Source of the DNA: Gammaproteobacteria bacterium
GTDB lineage: Bacteria; Pseudomonadota; Gammaproteobacteria; SZUA-229
NCBI GenBank assembly: GCA_026195255.1
Contig: JAPHSS010000026.1
Location: 15,403-79,402, forward strand
Direction: 5' to 3'
DNA length: 64,000 nucleotides
Part shown: positions 29,910 to 40,232 of the stretch, one piece after another
Numbering within the stretch: position 1 is the first letter of the stretch
Layout: every line of letters starts with the position of its first letter
Made by a program: the position numbers and the translations under genes
Notes under the pieces: generated by a model
Told to the model about the DNA's origin: nothing
Databases searched by the model: none
Seen by the model: the letters and a program-made list of their open reading frames with translations, nothing else

Positions 29910-32075
29910 ATGAAATATTCAAATATTAACAAACTTGGCAAATTAGCTAATATAAAGATCACGCAAAAACTAATAGGCGTTGTTGTTGGTCTTTTAATTG
30001 GTTTTGTTATTATTGGTTTGGCTTACCAGAGGGTGCTACAGGCAGAAAGAGAGGCCGTTGAGGTTTCTGAAAAGATGGTGACATTTGAACGAGGTATCCA
30101 TGAGGTTCAGCTGGATCTTCTGAATGCCAGACAAAGTGAAACTGAATTTTATCTTAAAAAATATCCAATATTTTTAGGTAAATTTGATACGCGTATTATC
30201 GTTGCAAGTCAAAACCTGAAAGGTTTGACTAATCTGGTAAAAGGTGAGGATAAGTTAGATGTAATCACTGAATTAGGCGAGGCCTTCGAAAACTATCGAG
30301 ATAAGTTTATACAAGCCGCGGATTCGCAGATAGAAATTGGGCTAGATGAAAATACAGGCATGAATTCAAGCCTGGCTAATGCGTCTAAAGTTATTGAAAC
30401 TGTTCTTAAAAAACATAATGTGCCTGTTCTAGATAGATCGTTACTTAGAATGCGTCAACATTTAAGTGATTATATTAATTTTGAAGAACCCAGGTACAGT
30501 GAATTACTTATTAAAGAAATACAATCATTTAGAGCCGCAACTGAAAATTCTAAATTGTCTGCGCCAGTTAAATTAGAAATACGTAAAGCGCTTGCAAATT
30601 ATAAAAGTATATTTCTAACAATGTCTGAAACCGTTTCTATGTTAGCAGAGCAGAAAAAAGCAGTAAAACAATCGGTTAAGACAATCGAGCCCCTGTTTTC
30701 AAAAATGGTCAGCATTAGTAATGAGATAATTTCTACAACAAGAGAAGAAGCATCGGCAAAACGTAATCAGATTACAACGTTCTTTATATCTACACTTGTA
30801 CTTATTGCTGTAGCTGCATCCTTAGGTCTATTTTTTCTGGCGAGAAGTATTATTAAACCGATGAAAGTATTACAGGATACGGTTTTAAAGGTGAATGAAG
30901 GCGATTTAAACGTCAGGGCAGGGCTTGATCGTAAAGATGAGCTGGGAGATTTATCAAATGCACTTGATAAACTACTCGATGAAAAACTCGCCTCTATGGC
31001 GCAGTCTGAAAAAGAAAATGACAAGTTGAACGAGTCAGTAATTTCATTGATCAGGGCAGTTAGTCAGCTTGCACAGCAGAAAGACCTGGCAGTAAAAATT
31101 CCAGTTTCAGAGGATATTACCGGGGCGATAAGTGACTCATTAAATCTATTGGCCAAAGAAACTGCGAAAATAATGAAGGAAGCGCAGGTGACGTCATCTG
31201 AAGTTGCCAGTGTGTCATCGCTGGTTAAGAAACAATCAGATACGGTAATATCGGTTGCTAATACAGAAAGAAAAGAAGTTGAAAGTACTGCCCTGATGCT
31301 GGAAAGCTCAGTTAAGGCTATGAATGAAATTGCACTTAATTCTGAAGAAGCAAACAAGAAAGCTGAAATAACGAGTGTAAATACACAACAGGCACTGGAT
31401 GCTGTTATGTCATCTGCTGATGGTATCAAGTCGATACGTGACACTATTAGTGAGACAGAGAAACGAATTAAACGTCTGGGTGAGCGTTCACAGGAAATTT
31501 CAGGTATTGTAAGTTTGATTAACAGTATTGCAGAACGAACACATATACTGGCCTTGAATGCGAGTATGCATGCTGCATCTGCAGGTGAGGCGGGTCGAGG
31601 GTTTGCCGTGGTTGCCGATGAGGTGCAAAGGCTTGCGGAGAATGCGCGTGAAGCAACCTCAGAAATCTCAACGGTAGTTAACAATATAAGGGTTGAGACG
31701 GCTGATACTGTGGCTATTATGAATACTGTAATTACACAGGTGGCCGAGGGAACCCAGCTGGCTAATCAGGCTAGTCAGAGCATGAAACATACACAGCAAG
31801 CAACTAATGATCTGATCGGTTCGGTTAGGCATATAGCGAAAAGTTCTGAACAACAGGTCGATATTAGTAAGCAGTTATTAGTTCGAGCAAGAAGAATTAA
31901 AGAGAGCACAGAAGAGACCGGGCGAGAGTTATTAGAGCAGACAAAGAGTGCTGATAAGTTAGTGCGTTATTCTGAAGACCTGGTTGCAATCGTGGGCATA
32001 TTCAAACTACCGGCTATTAATAGCGAACAGGACGAAGAGGCGTATAAAACAAGCGAAATAAAGCAGGCAGTGTAA
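29910..32075 (+). CDS. methyl-accepting chemotaxis protein (PilJ-like, ~270-aa periplasmic domain, HAMP)
   Basis: ATG at 29910 with GGAG RBS; two TM helices; highly conserved MCP signalling domain [31 protein letters not shown]. Confidence 0.9.
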   Translation: MKYSNINKLGKLANIKITQKLIGVVVGLLIGFVIIGLAYQRVLQAEREAVEVSEKMVTFERGIHEVQLDLLNARQSETEFYLKKYPIFLGKFDTRIIVASQNLKGLTNLVKGEDKLDVITELGEAFENYRDKFIQAADSQIEIGLDENTGMNSSLANASKVIETVLKKHNVPVLDRSLLRMRQHLSDYINFEEPRYSELLIKEIQSFRAATENSKLSAPVKLEIRKALANYKSIFLTMSETVSMLAEQKKAVKQSVKTIEPLFSKMVSISNEIISTTREEASAKRNQITTFFISTLVLIAVAASLGLFFLARSIIKPMKVLQDTVLKVNEGDLNVRAGLDRKDELGDLSNALDKLLDEKLASMAQSEKENDKLNESVISLIRAVSQLAQQKDLAVKIPVSEDITGAISDSLNLLAKETAKIMKEAQVTSSEVASVSSLVKKQSDTVISVANTERKEVESTALMLESSVKAMNEIALNSEEANKKAEITSVNTQQALDAVMSSADGIKSIRDTISETEKRIKRLGERSQEISGIVSLINSIAERTHILALNASMHAASAGEAGRGFAVVADEVQRLAENAREATSEISTVVNNIRVETADTVAIMNTVITQVAEGTQLANQASQSMKHTQQATNDLIGSVRHIAKSSEQQVDISKQLLVRARRIKESTEETGRELLEQTKSADKLVRYSEDLVAIVGIFKLPAINSEQDEEAYKTSEIKQAV

Positions 32076-32105
32076 TATAAATAAAAGGCATGGCGCCTTA
32101 TTGGC

Positions 32106-35100
32106 TTGAATTATACAGGTATCGAGATGATTGATTCTGACATTGAAGGTAGTGAGTTAGGTACAGAGCAATTTGATGCGTTTTTTGCAGTAGCATCAAG
32201 ACTATCTGTAGATGCAGAGTGCGCTCATCTGGATTTAATGGATTATGATAAATATTTTTCTTCAATATGTGAGTTGTTGTTACCTTATAATCATGCGGTA
32301 TTTCAGGACCTGGCAAGCATTCTGTCAGAGGGGTTGAATAAAATAATTAATGAAAACAGACCCTTGATCGATAGTGAGTGTGTTTTTCTAAAAAGAATAC
32401 CTGAAATATTATCCGAATATGCCTTTATACCTGAAAGTAAAATTCCTGACTTACATCTTTTAAATCACTTTAAAAATGAATCATGGGTGCGTCCTGTCAA
32501 TACGGATGAAGAAAAAGTTTTGTTACATCACTTGCTTGATAAAACTAAAAAAGCCGTCGATTCGGAAGTGCAGGTGGATGAAGAAATATCTGAAGTATTA
32601 GAAGTCTCAAATCAGCAATATAATGATAAGTGTGAAATAGATATATCGGATATAGGCGCCGAGTTAGATGTTTCTATCAGTGATTTTGAAACTTCGGTAA
32701 ATAAGCCTGATGATAATCATAAAACCGATGATTGCGGTGCTCGTGCGGATGAGGAAGAGCCTGAAGTATCTGAGGTCTCAAATCAGCAATACAATGATCC
32801 ATCTGATATAGATATATCGGAGATAAGCGCTGAGTTAGATGTTTCTATCAGTAATTTTGAAGCCTCGGTAAATAAACTTGATGATAATCATAAAACCGAT
32901 GACTGCGGCGTTCAGGAGGGTGAAGCAGCATATGAAATATTAGAAGTCTCAAATCAGCAATACAGTGATCAATCCGATATAGATATATCAGAGTTAGGGG
33001 TTGAGTTAGATGCTTCCATTGGTGATTTAGCAGCGGTGATAAATAAGGATGTTAATGATTTTAAAATCGGTCTTGCAGAGTCACCGGAAGAGTTGAGTGA
33101 ATCAGACGACGCCGAAGGTGAGTTTAATATTGAAGATGCACTTGAGGTTTCCCGGTTTTATGAAGAAGATTCTGAATTAGAGACAAATGATTTTGAATCT
33201 GAATTATCACTAGATGATCTCGTTGCGGATGATGTTGGCTCATTTAAGGATGAAAATATAGTTAACATTGGTGATCTGGCGGAAGAGTATGAAAGTGACG
33301 ATCAACAAACAATAGAAATTAACCCAGAACAGAAAGAATTAATTGCTTTAATTGCAGAAGAGTTAATAGAGTTTAATCAGGATAAAGAATCGATTCTGGT
33401 TGATGCTGAGAAAAACACTGTAGACTTTAAAAACAATCTCTTATCCATAGCAGATCAAACTGAAAACATAAGAAATGCCATAGGTATTATTGGTTTGGAA
33501 GGTCTGTCAAATGTGACTGATTTTGTGTCAAAAAACATTCATGCCCTAGCTACAAACGATACAGTCCTGACGAGAGATCAGGTGGCTATGTTAGGTCAGT
33601 GGGCTGATTATATTCTTTCATATTTAAATGATATAGGTAATAAGCAGGTATGTGCTGACATTCTTCAGTTCATCAAAAAACCATTCTGGCCAGAGCTCAT
33701 GGAAGATGGTATTTCTGAATCTCTGGAGCAGTTATTGGTCAGTCCTCAGCTAAAAGAAGAAGAAAGGGAAGTTAGAAAAAATATTGCCTCACCTGAAGAC
33801 ATGTCATTAGTTTTGCCCGATGATGTTAATCCCGAGTTATTAGAAGGCTTGCTTCAAGATCTGCCAATACAAACCGGTGAGTTTTCTGTTGCGATTCATA
33901 ATTTATACGACCAGCATAATATTGAATATTTAGAAATAGCACAACGCATAGCACATACTCTTAAAGGTGCTGGTAATGTTGTCGGAGTGAAAGGCATTGC
34001 CAATCTGACGCATAATTTAGAAGATATACTAGAAATTCAGTTTAAAGCTAAGAAGTTGCCAGCTGGCGAGTTATTAGAGGCGTTAATAGATGCGGCGGAT
34101 TGCCTGGAAACAATGTCCGAAGCATTATTGGGTATTGATGAACCGCCCGATAATGCGCAATCAGTTTATCAGTCGGTATTAGACTGGGCTAATAAGCTAG
34201 ATGCGGATGGAGCCACATGCCTGGATCTAGCGGTTGCAAAGCGCAGTGATATTAAATTAGTTGAAGCTGAAGAAAAAAACGTTGCTAAAGAAGTAAGCTC
34301 GGCTGTTAAAAGTCCGCTTAATATTGAAAACATGTTGAGGGTGCCTGCTAAGCTCGCCGATGACTTACTAAGACTGGCTGGTGAGAATTTAATATCTACT
34401 TCTCAGATTCAGGAATACATTAAAATCATTCAAGCCAGATATAAAAATTTAAAACTGCAAGATCAGAGTTTACAGAAATTTTCCTACGATCTGGAGCATA
34501 TAGTTGATGTTCAGGGTATTTCAAATAGTGGCCCTATCAATAATGTAAGCAATGATGGTTTTGATTCGCTTGAACTTGATCAGTTTCATGAGTTGCACTC
34601 GATGAGCCGAAGGCTGGTTGAACTAGCGGCAGACTCAATTGAGTTAACTCAAATTCTTGAAAAAGACTTTTTAGAATTACAAAATCTAGTGGTAAATCAG
34701 GGTCAGCTACAAAAAGAAAATGAGCAGTTAGTTCTACGAACACGAATGGTACCTATCAGTACTATTGTGCCAAGATTAAAAAGAGGGGTTAAACAGGCAT
34801 CCAGGCTAACCGGAAAATCTGTTGATTTACATGTTGAAGATAATGATACATATATGGATAGCGAAGTTTTAAATAGCTTGATTGAGCCGTTAATGCATAT
34901 CCTTAGAAACTCGGTAGGTCATGGAATTGAAGATACCCAGGAAAGGCAGGAAAGAGGTAAAGTTAATCACGGTCAAATTAATCTGATTTTTTTACAAAGA
35001 GGAGATCAGATAGTTATCAAAATAACAGACGATGGAAGGGGTTTGAGTTTATCTGAAATAAAAAATAAGGCCATTTCACTGGGTTTGGTGAAATCTGAAA

Positions 35101-36137
35101 ATGAAGTTACAGAGCTTAATCTGCAAAACTTTATTCTTCAGCCCGGCTTTTCTACGCGTACTGAAGTTAACCAGATGTCAGGGCGAGGTATTGGTCTGGA
35201 TGTGGTTAATAGTAAAATTCGAGAATTAAAAGGTAGTATTGAAATACAGTCAGCGGAAGGCCAGGGTTGTCAGTTTCTTCTTACTTTACCCATATCTTCA
35301 TTTTCTGTTCATTCATTGTTGGTGCGAGTAAGAGAAAATATATATGCATTTTCAAACAGAGGTATTGAAGAGATTTTATACTCTGGATTAGGCGAACTAC
35401 AGAAGGTTGGTCATGAGACAATGTTTAAACTGGAGGATCAGTATTATAATATTTCAATGATCGAGTCTCTACTGAGTCTGCCAGAAGATAGAAGAGAAGG
35501 TGATCGTGATAATCGTCCGGTTATACTGGTTAAAGATGATACTGCATCACATACCGCTATCCTGGTACAGGATGTTATAGATAGTCGGGATGTTGTTGTT
35601 AAGTCAATGGGGGAATATATACCCAAAATACCAGGAATTATTGGGGCTACCGTTTTAGGTGACGGAAGTGTTGTTCCTGTAATTGATTTACCTGAATTGA
35701 TGCAATCCAGACAGATTATTGATAATACCTATACTGAAGAACATATTGTATTACATGAAGAAAAGAAACTGCCATATGTTTTAGTCGTTGATGACTCATT
35801 AAGTGCGAGAAAATCTCTGGCTCAGTTTGTAGAAGATCTCGGCCTTCAGGTGAGAACGGCTAGAGACGGAATGGAAGCGGTTTCATTAATTGAAGCTCGT
35901 AAACCTGATTTAATTCTGGTTGATATGGAAATGCCACGTATGAATGGTCTTGAGTTAACGGGGCATATCAGAGCATCTTCCATTACTCAAAATATGCCAG
36001 TTATCATGATTACTTCGCGATCAACAGATAAACACCGTAAAGCTGCAATGGATAAAGGTGTTGATCATTATATGGTCAAACCATTTGCTGAAGATGAGCT
36101 GGCCATTCAAATTAACTCTGCTTTAAAAACTGCATGA
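32106..36137 (+). CDS. hybrid CheA-type histidine kinase (acidic repeat region-Hpt-HATPase-CheW-REC; ChpA/WspE-like)
   Basis: Hpt HTLKGAG; N box HILRNSVGHGIE; G1 DDGRGL; G2 GRGIGLD; CheW-like domain; C-terminal receiver VLVVDDS...LVDMEMP; three 57-aa tandem repeats in the N-terminal region; the ORF starts on TTG, with an alternative ATG at 32127. Confidence 0.9.
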   Translation: MNYTGIEMIDSDIEGSELGTEQFDAFFAVASRLSVDAECAHLDLMDYDKYFSSICELLLPYNHAVFQDLASILSEGLNKIINENRPLIDSECVFLKRIPEILSEYAFIPESKIPDLHLLNHFKNESWVRPVNTDEEKVLLHHLLDKTKKAVDSEVQVDEEISEVLEVSNQQYNDKCEIDISDIGAELDVSISDFETSVNKPDDNHKTDDCGARADEEEPEVSEVSNQQYNDPSDIDISEISAELDVSISNFEASVNKLDDNHKTDDCGVQEGEAAYEILEVSNQQYSDQSDIDISELGVELDASIGDLAAVINKDVNDFKIGLAESPEELSESDDAEGEFNIEDALEVSRFYEEDSELETNDFESELSLDDLVADDVGSFKDENIVNIGDLAEEYESDDQQTIEINPEQKELIALIAEELIEFNQDKESILVDAEKNTVDFKNNLLSIADQTENIRNAIGIIGLEGLSNVTDFVSKNIHALATNDTVLTRDQVAMLGQWADYILSYLNDIGNKQVCADILQFIKKPFWPELMEDGISESLEQLLVSPQLKEEEREVRKNIASPEDMSLVLPDDVNPELLEGLLQDLPIQTGEFSVAIHNLYDQHNIEYLEIAQRIAHTLKGAGNVVGVKGIANLTHNLEDILEIQFKAKKLPAGELLEALIDAADCLETMSEALLGIDEPPDNAQSVYQSVLDWANKLDADGATCLDLAVAKRSDIKLVEAEEKNVAKEVSSAVKSPLNIENMLRVPAKLADDLLRLAGENLISTSQIQEYIKIIQARYKNLKLQDQSLQKFSYDLEHIVDVQGISNSGPINNVSNDGFDSLELDQFHELHSMSRRLVELAADSIELTQILEKDFLELQNLVVNQGQLQKENEQLVLRTRMVPISTIVPRLKRGVKQASRLTGKSVDLHVEDNDTYMDSEVLNSLIEPLMHILRNSVGHGIEDTQERQERGKVNHGQINLIFLQRGDQIVIKITDDGRGLSLSEIKNKAISLGLVKSENEVTELNLQNFILQPGFSTRTEVNQMSGRGIGLDVVNSKIRELKGSIEIQSAEGQGCQFLLTLPISSFSVHSLLVRVRENIYAFSNRGIEEILYSGLGELQKVGHETMFKLEDQYYNISMIESLLSLPEDRREGDRDNRPVILVKDDTASHTAILVQDVIDSRDVVVKSMGEYIPKIPGIIGATVLGDGSVVPVIDLPELMQSRQIIDNTYTEEHIVLHEEKKLPYVLVVDDSLSARKSLAQFVEDLGLQVRTARDGMEAVSLIEARKPDLILVDMEMPRMNGLELTGHIRASSITQNMPVIMITSRSTDKHRKAAMDKGVDHYMVKPFAEDELAIQINSALKTA

Positions 36138-36138
36138 T

Positions 36139-36642
36139 ATGACAGATTTACAATTTAAAAATAAATTACTAAGAGATGATGCTAAATATCATGTTTCGAT
36201 ATTGTCTTTTGCGGGTATTAAGTTAATTGTTCCGCAAAGTGAAATCCTCTCTATTGAGAGTATTTACGAATTAGAAAGTAATGAAGATAATGACAATAAT
36301 TACATAGGTGTGATTTATAAACAGGGAATCAAACTTCCCGTATATTGCTTTTCAAAATCTATGGATATATATAAATCCTTACCTGAAGACCGCTTTCAAT
36401 GTGTGGTACTTCAGCATGAAAATATTATGTTTTCATTGCTTTGTTATGAAATTAGCAATGCAGTTATTAGTGAAATTGAATTTCATAACTTACCAGTATG
36501 CATGAATAATAAGCGTATTCCATTAACCCACTTATGTTTATATAAAGATGCAGAAAATATAAATAAGTTAGGAATGGTGACCAGCGCTGTTTGTTTAAAC
36601 GAGTATATTAATAAACTAAAACGTCACTCCATGAAGCTTTAA
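36139..36642 (+). CDS. degenerate CheW-like small protein
   Basis: 167 aa; the hydrophobic pattern matches the CheW fold (GVIYKQGIKLPVYCF resembles GvxNLRGxxxPVxDL); call is tentative. Confidence 0.4.
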   Translation: MTDLQFKNKLLRDDAKYHVSILSFAGIKLIVPQSEILSIESIYELESNEDNDNNYIGVIYKQGIKLPVYCFSKSMDIYKSLPEDRFQCVVLQHENIMFSLLCYEISNAVISEIEFHNLPVCMNNKRIPLTHLCLYKDAENINKLGMVTSAVCLNEYINKLKRHSMKL

Positions 36643-36644
36643 TT

Positions 36645-37112
36645 ATGAAAACAGATAATAATGATAGTGGTGTCGCTGCCTGGTTGCTACAGGTAGACAG
36701 GCTTGTTAATGTGGCCATTGGGCAGTTTGAACTTATCCATATAATCGATGAACCAGACTATATGGGGATACCTCAAGCCCCTGATTACTGTAAGGATGTT
36801 GTTTTATGGAACAACAATATAGTACCGGTAATGAGTTTGGCGTCATGGTTAACCTCTTGCTTACAGGTCGATAACACAGGCGTGGTTGCTATCGTTGTAT
36901 ATGAAGATGAGCAGGGTAAACATAAGTTTGGTGGAATAAAGCTTAGCAGCCCACCAGTTCAGGCCAAAGTGAAGAATAGCCAGCAATGCCAGCTAACAGA
37001 CGATTTTGATAAGTGGCGAAAAGTGTCGCTCTCGAGCTTTAAGTCTAAAACTGGCGATATTGTGCCTATAATTGATGTCAGTAAACTGTTTTCACATGTA
37101 TTATTGAGTTAA
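36645..37112 (+). CDS. degenerate CheW-like small protein
   Basis: 155 aa; VVLWNNNIVPVMSLASWL and IVPIIDVSKLF match the CheW core signature. Confidence 0.5.
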   Translation: MKTDNNDSGVAAWLLQVDRLVNVAIGQFELIHIIDEPDYMGIPQAPDYCKDVVLWNNNIVPVMSLASWLTSCLQVDNTGVVAIVVYEDEQGKHKFGGIKLSSPPVQAKVKNSQQCQLTDDFDKWRKVSLSSFKSKTGDIVPIIDVSKLFSHVLLS

Positions 37113-37230
37113 CAACCGTTATGTCGATAGAAGAATGTCGATAGTAACCTAAATGATAAAAGATAGATAAATCTGAAATGTCTCTAACATAAGAGAGTAA
37201 TGGCGTAAAACCTGCTCTCAGGAGTTATGT

Positions 37231-37878
37231 ATGAAGTTGAATACAGAGAAAACTAGACTTTTATTAGTAGATGATCACGCAATAGTCAGGGCGGGATTTA
37301 GATATTTACTTGAAAGTGACGCTGATTATGACATTCTTGAAGCCGATTCGGCTGAAGAGGCGTGTAAAGTCTATGGTGATTATAAGCCAGATGCGGTAAT
37401 AATGGATTTAATGATGCCAGGAATGGGGGGGCTGGAAGGTTTAAGGCATTTAAATGCAAAAGATAGAAATGCCAAAATACTCGTTCTAAGTATGCGGGAT
37501 GATCTTGCATATGTGACCAGAGCTACTCTTGCAGGGGCTACCGGATATTTAACTAAACGCAGTGCAGCTGAAGAGCTTGTTAAAGCAGTAAATGTGGTAA
37601 TAAAAGGTCAGCATTATCTGAGTGCTGATATATGCGAATCAAATCGTAATGAACCTTATGTATCTGAAGAAGATAAAATTAAAGGCTTAACAGAGCGTGA
37701 GTTTGAAATATTTTGTTTACTTGCTGAAGGTAAAACAGTAACAACAATATCAGTAGATCTACACTTGAGCCCAAAGACGGTTAGTAATCATAGAACACGC
37801 ATTATGCATAAACTCAAAACATCAAACATTGTTGAGTTAACGCATTTAGCTATTCGTAATGGTTTAGTCGAAGCGTAA
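37231..37878 (+). CDS. NarL/FixJ (LuxR)-family response regulator, putative pathway output
   Basis: REC (LLVDDHAIV...IMDLMMPGMGG) plus C-terminal LuxR HTH (LTEREFEIF...TVSNHR). Confidence 0.85.
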   Translation: MKLNTEKTRLLLVDDHAIVRAGFRYLLESDADYDILEADSAEEACKVYGDYKPDAVIMDLMMPGMGGLEGLRHLNAKDRNAKILVLSMRDDLAYVTRATLAGATGYLTKRSAAEELVKAVNVVIKGQHYLSADICESNRNEPYVSEEDKIKGLTEREFEIFCLLAEGKTVTTISVDLHLSPKTVSNHRTRIMHKLKTSNIVELTHLAIRNGLVEA

Positions 37879-37890
37879 TCGTTTTAAATA

Positions 37891-38586
37891 TTATATCGTT
37901 TCATTACTGGTGGTTAAGCGGTTTAGTAATAACTGAGTGAATCTTTGTCTTCTATTAATAACTAAATAAGCATTTTTTATTAGATAATTAATAATAGCAT
38001 CAACAGATTCATCAATAGTTAAAAGTGAAGTGTCAATGATTATTTCGGCTGATTCTGGTGCTTCGTAAGGCGAATCAATACCTGTGAAGTGTTTTATCTC
38101 GCCGGCCCGTGCTTTCTTATATAAACCTTTTACGTCTCGATTTTCACATAAGTCTAAAGGGCATTTTATATATATCTCAATAAACTCTGTTTCATTAACA
38201 ATATTTCTGACGCATTTTCTATCTTTAAGAAATGGAGATATAAATGTTGCAAGAACCATTACACCTGCATCGATAAAGAGTTTAGAGACTTCACCAATAC
38301 GGCGTATATTCTCAGTCCGGTCATTATCACTAAAGCCAAGGTCATTACTTAGACCGTGTCGAACATTATCACCATCCAGCAGATAAGTTCGAAAGGCCTC
38401 CTTATGGAGTCGCTGCTCTAGCGCATTGGCTATTGTGGTCTTTCCTGAGCCTGACAGGCCGGTAAACCAGATTATGGCAGATCTTTGTTTGTTCAGGTTG
38501 TCTCTACGGTCTTTGGTTACGTTAACTTCACTCCAAACCACATCACTTGATTTCTTTTGTTCAATGTTTACTGACTCATTCTTCAT
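37891..38586 (-). CDS. cysC: Adenylylsulfate (APS) kinase
   Basis: P-loop GLSGSGKTT and typical APS-kinase sequence. Confidence 0.85.
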   Translation of the reverse strand: MKNESVNIEQKKSSDVVWSEVNVTKDRRDNLNKQRSAIIWFTGLSGSGKTTIANALEQRLHKEAFRTYLLDGDNVRHGLSNDLGFSDNDRTENIRRIGEVSKLFIDAGVMVLATFISPFLKDRKCVRNIVNETEFIEIYIKCPLDLCENRDVKGLYKKARAGEIKHFTGIDSPYEAPESAEIIIDTSLLTIDESVDAIINYLIKNAYLVINRRQRFTQLLLNRLTTSNETI

Positions 38587-38924
38587 AACTCACCTGCACC
38601 TGCGTTGCGTCTATAGACAAATGTTATAAGTTAAGAGCTTATAAAAATGTCTTATAAAAAGAATATATTAAATATTTAATTTTGGCATAGGAAAAACTCC
38701 TTATCTTAATGGTTTCGTTAAAATAACCCGGATTAGGCAACCGAGAGACTAGCTTGCGGTGAGCGCGTAGGAAAAATTCCCTTTCTTGGAAAATAGTGTA
38801 TGTTTTATAGGAGTAATGCCTATACTGTTAATCACGATGAAATATGTTTTGTAATTTCGTTATATAAATACTTTATGAGGATTCAGTGTTTTCTGGGTGT
38901 TTATATAGAGCTGTAGGTTGATTT

Positions 38925-40157
38925 ATGAGTGTTAATGCCAATGAATGCCTTGCACAGGGGCGGCCATCATTATTGTCTTTATTCTGGATTTTTCTAAAAA
39001 TAGGTAGTACCGCTTTTGGTGGTTTCATGGCCCTCATATCGGTTGTACAAAACTATCTGGTCAATAGAAAAAAACTATTGTCAGATGAAGAAATGCTTGA
39101 CGGGATTTCTTTAGCAACCATCTTACCTGGCCCGGTTGCTGTCAATGTGGTTGCTTATGCAGGTTATAAAATTCGTGGCATTTCTGGCGCCATTGTATGT
39201 GCTGTCGCAGTAATATTACCTTCTTTTTTCCTTATTTTATTTCTAAGTTATGCCTATTTTTCCTGGGGTGATATGCCTGCAGTGGATAGTGTATTTAAAG
39301 GTTTTTTACCTGCAGTCGCCGCAGTTATAGTCGCAACAGTAATCAATATGGGGAAAAAATCCTTAACTGGATTTAAAGAAACAACAATTGCTGCAATAGC
39401 TGTAGCTGTTCTCGTGCTGATTGGTGGTTTTTTCAGCACCCTGGCAATTATATTATGTGCAGGGCTGGCAGGCTTGTTATTATTTAAAAATCATAAAGAT
39501 GTGGTTCAGGTAGATAATATTAAAGCTTCACCAAAAGAAGAGAAATCACATCTTAAACAGTTTCCAATACTCATACTGGCATTTATTGCAGTATGTGCAT
39601 TACTTCTAACAGCGCCATATATCATCAGTTCCAGTACTTTTATGGCGGCTAAACTATTAGCTACATTTTCCGGTATGAGTTTGCTTTTATTTGGTGGGGG
39701 GTTTGTTTTTATACCCTTAATGCAGGAGTCAGTAGTTGAAACCTATCACTGGATAACACATCAGGAATTTATTGATGCTATTGCTATGGGGCAGATAACA
39801 CCAGGGCCAATATTAATAAGTGCGACATTCATTGGTTATAAAGTAGCAGGCGTATTTGGCGCGGCAACGGCAACAATCGGAATATTCACGCCACCTGCAA
39901 TGTTAATGCTTGTGTGTACGCATTATTTACAGTTATTAAAAGAATCAATTTATTTGAAGGCAATATTAAAGGGTATTCGGTGTGCTGTGATAGGCATGAT
40001 TTTAGCGGCGGCTTATTTTGTAGCCATGTCTTCGGAAATAAATGTGGTAACTAGCGGAATATTTATTCTGTCAATGATTGCTCTCCTTAAATTTAAACTT
40101 GAAGTGGTATGGATTATACCTGCGTCAGGTTTAATTGGGCTTATAGCCTTTTCCTGA
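38925..40157 (+). CDS. chrA: ChrA-family (chromate/sulfate-like anion) transporter
   Basis: 410 aa, ~12 TM, duplicated CHR-domain pattern. Confidence 0.7.
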   Translation: MSVNANECLAQGRPSLLSLFWIFLKIGSTAFGGFMALISVVQNYLVNRKKLLSDEEMLDGISLATILPGPVAVNVVAYAGYKIRGISGAIVCAVAVILPSFFLILFLSYAYFSWGDMPAVDSVFKGFLPAVAAVIVATVINMGKKSLTGFKETTIAAIAVAVLVLIGGFFSTLAIILCAGLAGLLLFKNHKDVVQVDNIKASPKEEKSHLKQFPILILAFIAVCALLLTAPYIISSSTFMAAKLLATFSGMSLLLFGGGFVFIPLMQESVVETYHWITHQEFIDAIAMGQITPGPILISATFIGYKVAGVFGAATATIGIFTPPAMLMLVCTHYLQLLKESIYLKAILKGIRCAVIGMILAAAYFVAMSSEINVVTSGIFILSMIALLKFKLEVVWIIPASGLIGLIAFS

Positions 40158-40232
40158 GTTTTTAATGTTCTCGCCTAACTAGTGAGATGGTAGTTTTATT
40201 TTAATAACAATAACTTATATTTGGAGTAAAAA

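Noticed and set aside
31064-31684. 206-aa Ser/Ala-rich antisense ORF inside the MCP gene (also 30767-31024)
   Set aside because: Antisense to the highly conserved MCP signalling domain. Its composition is a mirror artefact of the Ala/Glu-rich coding strand.
37231-37878. Considered calling the LuxR-family regulator GacA/UvrY
   Set aside because: gacA/uvrY is normally followed by uvrC. Here the downstream gene is cysC on the opposite strand and the regulator sits at the end of a chemosensory cluster, so only a family-level call is justified.
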